Below, piece after piece: positions 25,501 through 37,412 of a stretch of DNA of 64,000 nucleotides. A model generated the notes under the pieces. That model was not told the DNA's origin, made no database searches, and worked only from the letters and a program-made list of their open reading frames with translations. Positions within the stretch are counted from its first letter, which is position 1, and every line of letters starts with the position of its first letter. Source of the stretch: Yuukianura sp. NJ FZ-2021 (Eukaryota); NCBI GenBank assembly GCA_046563655.1, contig CM102283.1, forward strand, positions 1,984,001 to 2,048,000, in the 5' to 3' direction. The translations under genes were made by a program, and so were the position numbers.

Positions 25501-27330
25501 TAGATGATAGATACAAATTACTTTTCTGAGGGAACAATGAAGAAGTTACGTGTTGACGTGTTTGTTTTCTGTGTGAAAGGAAACAGTAGTGACAGATTAT
25601 ACTTGAACATCTTCTGGGCACCATTATTTGTCCAAGGACAATCGGTCAAGTAAGAAAAATTTCAAAAAAGAAAAGACGAAAAAAAATTTCGGAAAAAAAA
25701 TTTTAGTCACTCTCAAGTGTGTATCTTTGTTAACATTCCAATTGTGGATGACTAACACTTTCTGTGATTAATTGAACTTGTTTCTTGAATCATTGTTTAA
25801 ACAAACCTCGATTTGTCACTGTTCAAATTTCAAAGGTCAACTTTTTAAAAAAAATTTAAAACACATCCGTTCAATTTATTGAGCCAATTTTGGAAAAGTG
25901 GAGTTGTAAACCAATTTTGGTAAGAGTCGAAATTTTCCAAAAGTGGTTTTAAGAGCTTTTATTTTTTGAAGATTTTCAAAAGTTTTTTTTTCTACTTTTT
26001 TTGAAAAGTGTTGTTTGAACTTTATTGACTTTTTGTTTGACTTTTTCATTGTTGGCTGACAAGTTAGGAATGCAGTTGTTAGGCTATATTTTGTTAAGTT
26101 AAGGTAGTAAGTGCCGAGGAGAGTGAAGAAACGTTTATGACCTGACAGAAATTAAGTTATTTACAGGGGACCCCTTAAGGGGTCCTTCGTCCCAGACCCC
26201 TTCACCTTAAGGGGTCCATTTGAACATGAATGGACAAGAGAAATTCTGACGATGTTGAATGTTCAGGTTGATTGCTTTGAACTTGAAAAAAGAATGCAAA
26301 CAAGTTTGCTGTAAGTGGCGATGGACGTGCTTGGAGGGAAATTTGAAATTTGAAAATGGAAATTTGAAGAATGGAAATTTTGAAGATGTTTTTCCAACAA
26401 TGTTTAACTCATAACAATGGAAATTACATAGGTGTGCAGACTCTTGTTGTTTCCTTGTAAGGCAGAAACCGGGCTCTTAATACCGCCATTTTCCAGGATA
26501 ATGTACGATATGGATTTTGAATTTTGAAGTTTTAGTTTCTGGGCGGGAAAGGGAATTGAAGAGTTTAAATAAAAGGCGTTTTTTAAACTTTTTCTAAACT
26601 ATGTATTATGAATTTTTAGATTTTGAGATGAGTTCAAAATGGAATGGCGATGAACAGATAGCACAAAAGCGGAATTTTGGTTTGCTGGTGCAAAATTTTT
26701 CAAAACACAACAAAAACCTTGTTCACTCGTCAGAGATTAATGTTTTCCCACGTGACCTGATCTGACCTCGCCCAAGGGCTCTTCACTGAGACAGTGGGCC
26801 TTAAGGGGTCGTAACAGTTGGAAACAAGGGGAGTAGTGTCAGAACCACAGCGGGAAACCAGGTTAGCATCGTGTGAGAAATTTTGAAGGTCAAAGGTTAG
26901 GCATCCCCTCGGAGTACACCATGAAGTTATTCAATTAGTGTCCTACTTTTACTAAGAAATTCAAATTCAAGTAAGAATTCAGTTTTGTTTTCAGCCAATG
27001 TTTGAGTCCTGTGTAGACTCTTGATACGAATCTGTCCGTCTGTCTGTCTGTTTGGTAAAAAAAAATACTACAGAAAGTATAAAAAGCATGGGTTGCAAAT
27101 TTATTTTAAAAAAAACAGAAGTTACGATACCGTAAGTATTGTAAAAGATAAATTACAAAACTTATCGTTTTAGTTTACATGGTGCATATTGTAGCCGAGA
27201 TACTATTACCAGGTATAAACGATCGTTTTTTAGAACAATAATTTTTAGGTACATAAATAAAGTAGCGAAGCTTTAGCTACTTAATAACTAACGATTGAAA
27301 TAGTAACGTTACAATTTATTTTGGATAGCA

Positions 27331-28137
27331 TTAGAACTCCATTTCACGAGCTTCTGCTCTTGTGTAAACGCCTTTTCTGGAAATTGCGGAGATCATAAGC
27401 GTAACACCCAGGAAAGCAGCTACTAATCCCATTGGCTGAAAAAATTTCAAAAAATCATTAATTTTTATTAAAATATTACAGGGAAATTCAAAACCCAAAA
27501 ACCGAAATGTATAATTTCTTACGCCAGCAGCCATAGCAAGGTCATAGTTCAAAAACGTTTTTGTCTTCATGTCAGACATGCAAAGGTCATTTAGTATAAC
27601 ACAGAAGTCAGACGCTCGACTAGTCCAGTTCACATATTCCGCAATCAGAACAGCCGCACTCACTCCAAGAAGAATCCCGGCGACCAAATCACCATAAACA
27701 ACCTAAAAATTGCACAAAATATTTAACTTTTATTTTCTTGTTTCAAATTTCAAAGTGTAAATTTTTTATTATTATTTTTATCGTTTCGTACCAACGTTTT
27801 GGTCCATTTGGAGTGAGAATTCCATCGAATGCATGTTAGAAAACCGACTAAGCAAGATAGAACTTCAAGAGCAGCTAAGCCTATAAAAGTGTATGTTATC
27901 CAAAGGGCAGGGCCCTCGACCCCTATTACAGGGGGGTACTTATCTTCAATCGGTAGCCCTGCAAGGACAAATGCAAGAGCAAGAATACCGCATATCTAAA
28001 TTTAAAAAAAAACAATCCCTTTAGTTTTAAAAACTGTTTTCTTGCAAATGTGTACGGAAATATGTATGTTAGTAGCTTTTTAGTGTTACCAATTGGACGA
28101 ATTTGATGAAATGTGCTGCTGAAAAGTTGGAACACAT
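27331..28137 (-). CDS. Small four-transmembrane protein (~178 aa, MARVEL/tetraspan-like topology)
   Basis: Exons 28090-28137, 27792-27995, 27523-27702 and 27331-27435, all phase-0 GT-AG. Four hydrophobic segments: ICGILALAFVLAGL; WITYTFIGLAALEVLSCLVGFL; LVAGILLGVSAAVLIA; MGLVAAFLGVTLMISAI. Confidence 0.75.
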
Positions 28138-30777
28138 TGATGGTTTGGATTTCTGACTGTTCCAGTAAAAATTTGCACAGTAGAGTAAAATGTGTGAAGT
28201 ACAATAGAAGTTTCACAATCAAAAACGGTGTGATAAATGTTTGTTCTTCATCAGCACATTAGAATCTGTTTTTTTTAGTAAAAAGTGAGTCAATCGGAAG
28301 AAAACAAATTTTGATAAGGCACTTGAAGTGTAAATTGTCACATGACGAGGTGACTCTAATTTAGAATTTTAGTTGACTGAATGACTGCCGTGAGATTTAT
28401 CTGTTTTTGTGCAAAAATGCGTCACTATCACTGAACGTTCGTCCGAAAAAGTGGAGCCGAAGATCACTCTGGTTCACGTCGTCTTCTGAGAACCAGGATC
28501 ACACCACCATGAGCATGACTCATCCTACGTCAGTGTAGTCTTTGAGGCAGAACTTTCTCTGCGTAAACTTTTTTGCATACAGTTTGTCAATCCAAAACAA
28601 AAAACTTCGACAACTTTTGTGGGAATAGCTTTTGCGTCGCCCAGATCTTGCATAAAGGTTGTCTTTTGTTTTAGTTAAAAATTTCAAAAACAACCTTTTT
28701 TCAAAAAATGTTTTGGAATGGGGCGAGGTGTATAAAATTTAAGGCGGTGAATGTCCTTTTTTAAAAAAAGAAAGCCGGTTGATGGAGTCATTTTTGAAAA
28801 TTGTGGCAGCAAGAGCAATTCCCATTGTTTGTGCGGGTGGTCTCTATTTGGTTATGTAGAAGATGTCACCTTGAGATTTGAAATTTCAAATGGCGCGCCG
28901 TTTTTTGAAAAGGTCGTTAAGCGCTAATGGCTCAACCGATTCACTTCATCTTCAAACTTGTTTTTCTCAACGGTCAAACAAGAAGAAGAAGCAGAACAGT
29001 TAAAATTAACGACATTTTTTAAAAAATCACATTCTCCAGTCTAGACAAAACTTTCGTTTTAGACTATTTTAAGCCAAATGTTAAAACCAATGTTAAAACT
29101 AATGTTAAACACATTAATGTAACTTGTGTTACTGCTTGTTTAATTTTCTGACTTGTTTACATCTTGTGGAAAAATGACAACTCTTATCTTCATCCGTTAA
29201 GTAAACATCCTTGTCTTGTGCAAAATGTTAAGTGACACTACGAGTTAATGGAATTGGCAATTTGGAAAGTGGGTGGAGCTTGGCGGATTTATACGAATTC
29301 TGACTTGTTTGCCCAAAATCGTCGCTGTTGACTCCAAGTTTTTGTTTGTACTTGGCAAGTACATGGTGTACTTGAGAAGTATACGACGTACTTGGCAAGT
29401 ACGTATGGCGTACGTACGTGTTGTGTATTTTTTATGGTGAAGCTAGTACTGTTAAGAGTTTGGGATGAAGTGAAATCGTGATCTGAGGATTAGGAAAAAG
29501 ACAGGACAAGAGAAGATCATTTTGAAAAAGATTTTTTTTGGAAGATGAAGATGTTGAATTGACGCCCAAGGAAACAAGATCAGACACATCTTCTTCTTCT
29601 TTGCAGTGAAGCACATCTCTTGTTTTTCTGAAAGTTTTTTGTTCAAAAGTTTTGTATACACCGTAATCAGGAAACTTCTATTCATTGATTTGAAGCAAGT
29701 CTTGGAGAACTTGAAAGTAGGCGGAAGTTTAAAAAAAATTGAACAAAGGTCATTGAGTTTTAGAAAAAGAAGAGTTAAAAATAGAACTCGCGGTTTTGTG
29801 ATTCGTTCGCTTTTGCTGTTTAAATTCAGTGTGATGAAGAAAAGAGAAGCTCGGTAATTTTCAAAACCTCTCTACAAAGTTAACTCCAAACAATTTCGAA
29901 TTGTGACGAGAGTACGAAATTTCTTGAGCACTTAAAATTTGGCTTTTTAGTTTTTATTTAAAAAAAAAAATTTTTTTTATGAAAAGCAAACATTTTTGGA
30001 GTTTTGCTGACTTTTATCTTTTAGTGATTTGAAGCTTTTTAGCTTTAATACTTATCTTTTGTTGTTTTATTTTGTAAAGGTTGAGACTTTTATGGTCCAC
30101 TTTGTTTTTAAAAAGTTGATTTTTTGAAATTTTTAAAAAGAGTGACAAGCTCCTAACTTGACTTTTGTATGATTTGTAAAACGGCTTATTTTCATTTATG
30201 TCTTTTCTTCTTTATAATTTTATGTTTCAAAATTTTGACAGAAGTAATGGACACTTTGTAGCTTATTGTTGACATGCAAGTTGGCCGGAAGGTGGAAGCT
30301 GCGTTTTATTACATTCTCCCTTTTTTAAAATTCAAAAAATGTGCTGAGCATAAAATTAAAACCAAAAAGTTTTTCAAAATGATTTGTTTCTGGTAGTGGG
30401 AAAAGCTTTGAATTTGGAAGATGGTGAACAACAACTTGAGCTGCATATTTTGTCATCATTCGCAAAAAGTTTGACAGTTTGAAATTTCCGAGTATATGCG
30501 CTAAGGTACTGCGCACATAACAAGTTTACAAACAATATACTGATTCTAATCTGTGAAAAATGTTGGATTGAACATGTTTTGTATTTCATTTTTGTAATTT
30601 CTGTTACTGTGTTGTGAAAGATGATGAATTGGGATCTGATAGGGAAGTGATAGAAGTTTAAATCTTTCCGCGTTTCTCTTTCTGTTTGACCAGTAACAAG
30701 CTTAGTTACTGACATGTTGATTGTTCAAAACAAAAATTCAAACTAAAATTCAAGTATTTTCTTCTTTTATTTTCCAG

Positions 30778-33700
30778 ATGTCATCCTCTGCCTGGGTTTT
30801 GATGGATGACGACTGTGACTGCGGTGGGGCACCACCGCAGTTCCACCTCCCCCCACCACCGGTCCCACCGGATCTCCCTTGCGAACTACTCGACACGTCG
30901 TGTCCAGCACAACTCAACGTAAGTTGACATATCAATTATTTAGCTGTCAAAGCTTAGCTTTTAGTTTAAAGTCAAACTTCAAAGGTCATTGACCCGAGAA
31001 ACTAGTTAACCCAAGGTCATTGACCCGAGAAACTGATTAGCCCAAAGGTCATTGGCCCGACAGGTCACTCATTTCAAAGGTCATTGACAATTGGATATAA
31101 AAAGAAACAGTTAGCGACGGTCATGTCACTTTTATGACCATGGCGACACAGTTTGTATAACGGTAAAATGGCGTGTTTGAGACCGAGGAACCTTGACACT
31201 GCCATACGAAAGATCTTTGGTGCGATTTTTTGACATTTCGTAATTTCCGTATACAGAAGTTCAAAATTTTTGTTAAATTTTATGACTTAATGGCACCTCA
31301 ATCACGCTCTAAGGTGTAGAAACCGGCAGTCCAATTTAACTACTTAAGTGGCCAGTCGTTGCACATGAACGAGAAAAAAAAAACTGAACTTTTTGCCTTC
31401 GGCTTTCAGTCTCAACAAGTTCAGTTTTTTTTTAAATTGCCAAATGACTCCACATCAATTCTGAATTTGAAAATTTTCAAGATTTATCATTGAATTTTTT
31501 TTAACTTTTTTTTTGTGAAATTTCAGGCTGGAGATGCAGAATTCAAGAGAATCGGATCTTTTCCGTCTCTGGCAGTCATTATTTCCTGTACTCTGTTATC
31601 CGCTGTGATTCTTCTGGTCATTGGTGCAGTTCTGTGGAGGTAAATATTTTCAAATTTCGAAAAATTTGTTGTTTTTTTTTAATCAAAATCATTTTTAGAG
31701 TTTCCAAGCATCTGTTTAGCTGTTTTCAGTAATTCTTGAAGTTTTTCAGTATTTAGGCAAAATTTTGTCGTTCGTTTAGAAATGTTTTTCTCATTTTCTT
31801 TTGTAAATGTACAAAATGCTGCATTGTCTCTCTCTCAGCTCGAATTTCCACATTTGAATTCGTTTAAAATTTTTTTCCCTCCAAGAATTTTAAATGTTCC
31901 CTCCTTGAAACTGGTTCACTTTGTGTGCTAATGAGCTTGAAATGGCAGGGAACGTCTTCTTTCAAAACAAAAAAAAAAGACCATCTCTGCCTTCTAGGTA
32001 AATTTTCAACAATCAAAAGCGAAAACAAAATGTTCAACTTCCAGCAGAAAAAAATTTAAAATGAAAAAAATAGGGGCGGGGACGCCAATTTATGTGGGAA
32101 CTTCAACAGGTTTTCAAAACAATTTCAATTTTGGTGCGAAATTTCATTTTTTTTAGACCTAGAATTTCAACATATTTCAGGAAACAATAATAATTAAACA
32201 ATTAAAAGAGAGCAGTACAAAATGCAAAAAAAAGTTTTCGAAAATTGAAATTTTGAAATCTCGGGTCATAAATCTTGAGAACCTTTGAAGTTAATTGGGA
32301 ATTGTTTTCTTTTTCAAGGAAAGATGCAAGTGTCATCAATCACTTTGACGGTTGGTGGTTTATGTTGACTCGTAATTAAAAGTTAGTACTAAAGTCAAGC
32401 TGTGCAAGAAGCTTCAGTGCGCATGTGCAGGTAGCTTAGTCACTTGAATGCTTTGCGCATGTCACCTTGTCCAATGTCAATAGCCCCTAAGGTCATTTGG
32501 TTCATTTAGGTTTCAATTAGAAGTTGTTTGTGACGCTGAGAGGAATTTAAGTAGGGTTAACAACTAAATTAATTGAAAATTGTTAACAAACCGGTTAGAG
32601 AAAAAATTAGAGATGCCGGTTACATTTGAACAAAAATTCTTCCGCGCATCTTCACAATCGGAAAAGTTATGAATGCTAACGAGCCTTTGTTGATTAGTGG
32701 ATCTGATTAAGAATAAACTGCCAAGTCACGCTGTAGCGTGGAGATGATGCATCGTTTAAATTTTGAATTCAAACTGATTTGGCGCTCTTTTTTGTGTTTA
32801 TAGAAGGCGGCGTAAGGGCCACCCCCAAACCAAGGACTTTGATCACCATCACAACCTGGGTCCGCACCCTACGCTGGCCAATGGAAATGGACTGTTGTAC
32901 GAAGACTTGTCTCATGCACGTCCAAGGCCACCAATTGCAACGCCATCTATCGAGGTAAACTTATCCTTGCAATATCCAAAGATAAAAACCTATCTTGACC
33001 ATATCAAAAAGTAAATACACTTTTCAAGATAAGCCATTAATAAGAATACTTTTCTAGGTTGGATAATGATCTTTATCTAGTCTAGAAAAGTATTCTTATC
33101 AATTCCTTACCCCTCAATATTTTTGAGATAAAAGATCAATCCATTATCTCAAAAAAATTGAGAGATATTATACAATTATATAAAGAGATAAGATACAATT
33201 GGATATTGTATACTTAAGTATAGATAATATGCATGCCCAGTCGAATAAAGATTGAGATAAGAGATAGCGATGGAATTTTAACCTTATCGCATAATTTTAT
33301 CCTGATTTTTATCTTTTTATCTCAATTAAGATGCTGGACGTGAACCATCACCACAGTCTGGGCAACAATGGGTCCAAATTGGATTTCTCCTACTTTTTAA
33401 ATCCACCGCCAATTTATGAAGAACTGCCCGACCTTGACGGAGGTCAATCCGATCGGAACAACGGACCGTCAGAAGACGAATTTGCCGAAGATGAGTTGAG
33501 TGTCATTGACGTACCGGTGGTCAATCAATGTCATCCCGGCACAATTGACCTCGTGAGCGACCTAGGTCAGGGAACAACGAACCGGTACGGTCAACCCATG
33601 AACCGATCTTCAAAAAATCGAGTTCACTCGCTAAACCGAAAACGGAACGGAAGAAACGCACCGATCCAGGGTACTGGACAAGGATCGGTTGGTGGATTCA

Positions 33701-34518
33701 AGTCACAGCGGTAAGTGAAACTTCAATTTTGGCGAGAAAAATTTAGAAATCCGGTTCAGAGTTGGCGGTACAACGACTTTTTTGAATTTCCAGGAGCCTG
33801 GATCGTCACAACAGTCGAAACAACGGAAATGCGGGAAACAAATACCCAGGCACGAATCCCAGACCGTACTGCGGTATCGGTACCGGACGCCAACAGGTAC
33901 CGGGTTTAACTCCGGTCAACGCAGGAATGCTGATTTTGTCAGACCATACCGGAATGACAATGAAAATTCCACCACACCTTGTCGCTGTATTGACAGAATC
34001 TGCACTGTGCAACGGCGGGAACACGAGGCCATACGAAGTGATTCCAGCAAGCGGATTGGTTCATCCTGGCAGTAACATGATGATGATGAACGGACATGCG
34101 CAGAACGGAATCTACCCGAGTTCACGCAGCAGTGGAAGTTCCTATGGTGACGGAAGTAGTTCCAGCTCTACCCGAGTTAATCCGAACGGAACTTCGGCCG
34201 AATCGAGTTCCTTCGATTCCGGTATTGGTCAACACTCTCTTGCTAGTATGAATTGCCAAAATTCCAGTTTTCAAAAATTCAGCTTTTCAAAATTTTCAAT
34301 AAAAACTTTTTTTTTCAAAAATGGTTTTTATTTAAACAGGTTGCATTAACTCTCCAGCTTACGACCTTCAGTATCCACACGCCCCGTATGACTACACGTC
34401 TGGACCGAACGGAACTCCAGCACAGTTTTTGACACAGCAGCATCCGAATTTTAGACGAATGCGCATGACCGTTTCCGATCGAGAGCATCCTCTGTACAGC
34501 AACCACCTTCTCAACTAA
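30778..34518 (+). CDS. Uncharacterised single-pass membrane protein (~471 aa): short Cys/Pro-rich ectodomain, TM, long disordered tail with PPxY and Tyr motifs
   Basis: Exons 30778-30918, 31527-31639, 32804-32954, 33331-33710, 33794-34245 and 34340-34518 with consistent phases. CDCGGAPPQFHLPPPPVPPDLPC; TM LAVIISCTLLSAVILLVIGAVLW followed by RRRRK; PPPIYEEL. The ATG directly follows a splice acceptor, so upstream exon(s) exist. Confidence 0.8.
30983..31090. promoter_or_regulatory. Cluster of four IR1 (ecdysone-response-element-like) palindromes within a ~31-32-bp tandem repeat
   Basis: AGGTCATTGACCC at 30983 and 31014, AGGTCATTGGCCC at 31046, AGGTCATTGACAA at 31078. Confidence 0.5.
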
Positions 34519-37412
34519 AGTTAATTAATATAATTTAAATAATTAATGTAATTCAAATTAGTTTTCGAGTTTGACAGTTTCTTAGCCTAAAGTTTAAATC
34601 TGTAGTCGTTTCTCTTGTTTTAAATAACCTAGATATATTTTAGAATTTAGAACAGAATTTGAAAAATTCTGAAAAGTTAGGCTTTAAGGTAATGGAGTTT
34701 ATGCACAACTGTTGCACTTCACTCATGACAAAGGCAGAGATTCACATTAAACTGTTTCACTTCACTTGCCATTCACCGCAAGCCATTCTGGAATTGAGGT
34801 CAAAGGTCAAGGTCACCGCCAATATCACAAATCAAAGGTCATCACCAAATTCACACTCAACATATTGGCATCGCACCTTTTAGACTAACATTCTAACGAA
34901 TGAAAACATTTAAGGCTGAATGGAATGAAAAACAGTCTTGTAAATAGTAGTTTTAACTAACATTTTAGTTAATTAAGTTATAGTTAAGCTAAGTTAACTT
35001 ATAGTTTTTAACTTTTTTAAAACTTTAATCTTTACAAAATCTTCGCGTCTCATACAAAGTATGGTTACGGATCACAAGTTTCCTATCTCTGTATAGAAGT
35101 TTAGTCACTTTAGAAAGGTAGTAACATTGATGGTAAAAGTTTTTAAAATTTATTTCCTTTTTTAGTTTAGAGAAAATACTTTGCAATTCTTTTCAAAATG
35201 GCGTTTTAAAATTTCAGAATGGTTTTGACCTGTTTGAAGCGATTTTTATGTTTGTAATTGGAGGGTTGAGATTTAAAAATATGGGTATTTTTTTTCTTCT
35301 GAGGTTTTGTTTTAGTCACTTTTGTTAGTTGGTATTTATGCACTTTAATTAGTTAATTAAATAAGTTAATTAAGGTCTTCAAAACTACTTGATGTGCACG
35401 CCAGACTTTTCATTCTGCAAGAAGTTTGAAATAGAACGGCGCTTGCGTACAAGTCGTACAGGCGGTGAACCCATGCATGAAAATAGAGCAACTTGATTTC
35501 GTGTGAGTCTATTTGGGAATTCAAAACAAGAAACTTTTGAAAAAACAAATCCCAAGGGCAATATCATTTTCAAATTGCGTCTTTGTACATAATAGAAGTC
35601 AAGTTAGAGTTAATTACAACTAATTACTTAAGTAATTACTCACGCTAAAGTAGTATAGTTTTGCTTCTCTGGACAAACTAGGCTTGTTTCTGTCAATTTC
35701 TGCACTTGCACTCACTGCACTGTTATTTGTGCTGCACATTTTTGCATTTTTTTGGCTAAAAAAAATTCAGACCTCTGCAAAATCTAGTCAGGAGAAAATT
35801 CACAATTTGTAATTTTTGGTTTTTTGATTTTGTAATTTTGCACTGTACAAGTAGTGATTAGTATTGCACTTTAGAAATTACGAAATACTTTTAATTACTG
35901 TGTTTTAATTAAGTAATTAAGACTTTAGGGTAGGGTCCATTACGTTCATGTGAAATTCTCAGTTTTTTGCATTATTGCGAAAATTGGGGTTTTGCAAAAA
36001 AGAACTTTTGGCACAAAGAGACAACAGCAACCCATTGAATCAACTTTAATAAAAGTTTATCACTGAGGAGACACTTCTAGAAGATTTCAAAAAAAAATCT
36101 GAAACGAAGCGTCATCCCATGAGTGTGGTAACTTTTGTGTACATAAAGTAGTGTAGTTTAGATTAATTACTATTAAACTTAACGCAAGTTTACATAAAAA
36201 GTCAAGTTAATTTTTGATTTTACTAAAACTTATGGACTAGCACAAACAAAACGCATTATAAACTTCAAAATTTGTCACTTTTTAGTCTTACAGTTTAATG
36301 CAGACTGTTGCAGGACATTTAAAGATGATGATGTAATTAGTTCTAACTGTAATTAGTAATTAGTTGTAATTGTAATTAGTAATTAGGATTATGATTACTC
36401 ATTGTAATTATATTTAGGTCGAGCGAACTTTCCGGTAAAGTTCTTGTAGAGTGCTGGAAACTTTTTGTTTAGCAAACTCTGGATTCGACGCAGACAGCTT
36501 TTGAGCAAGTACTGTTCTCAGAACGTGCAAATACTGTCGGTATTTCGTCAAGTCAGGCTCAGGATTGAGTTTGCGCGGCAAAGTAGAAGGCACTTTTCAG
36601 AACTGAGGAAAATGAACCTGGTAGTCCCATCTTGGAATGCTGGCCTTCTCAGAAGCTAAAAAACCGATTTGACCTTGACGTTATTTCAGGTTTTCTGAGT
36701 AAGGTCAAATGTATCATAGAGTGTGTTCAGAAGTGTGATTGAGCTTTTAAATTGTAATTATAATTACTTGAAATTACTTTACTATTTATCTAATATGTTT
36801 AACATCGAATTGGAATCTTACAATTCTTTAAAGAATCTCTCAACAGGAATTTCAAATTGAAGCAAATCAAATGATACTTTTCCTCAAAAAACTTTTCCTC
36901 AGGAAAGTCAAATTTTGAATTTAGAAAGCTGAAAAAACTTTGTTCACAAAAGTTGGAAGAACCCTATTTAAATCTTGAATACCGTAAAGTCTGAGTCTCA
37001 ACAATCAGTTTGAGTGGAAACTGGATTTAACTGTGTGTAAAAAGTGAAAGTATGTCAGTAATTTGAGTTAAAAAGATGTTTATCATTCTGTTCTAAATTT
37101 TTAGAGCAAAGTCTATAGTAGTTAATATCTTAAATTTAGTCATCTTTTGTTTTGTATAGATTGTTTCATTGTGTTCTGGTACCCGTGGGATGAATAAAAG
37201 AAATCTAGCACGCAAAATATACACAGTGTGACTTACCAATTGACTTTCACTCTTTTCTTTTGTTCATAAAATGTTCAATTTTATTGTTCAAATTGGTCAT
37301 CCATTTCTAATTTCTCATTTGTCCCACTTAGGCAGCCCCGTTTAGTTTTTAAATTTTCAAGAAAAGTTATAAATTTTAAAAAGTTTTTGAAAACTAAACG
37401 TTTTTTTTTAAA

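Noticed and set aside
32960-33325. GATA/TATC-rich intron with short inverted repeats
   Set aside because: Probably a decayed MITE, but termini and TSD could not be defined.
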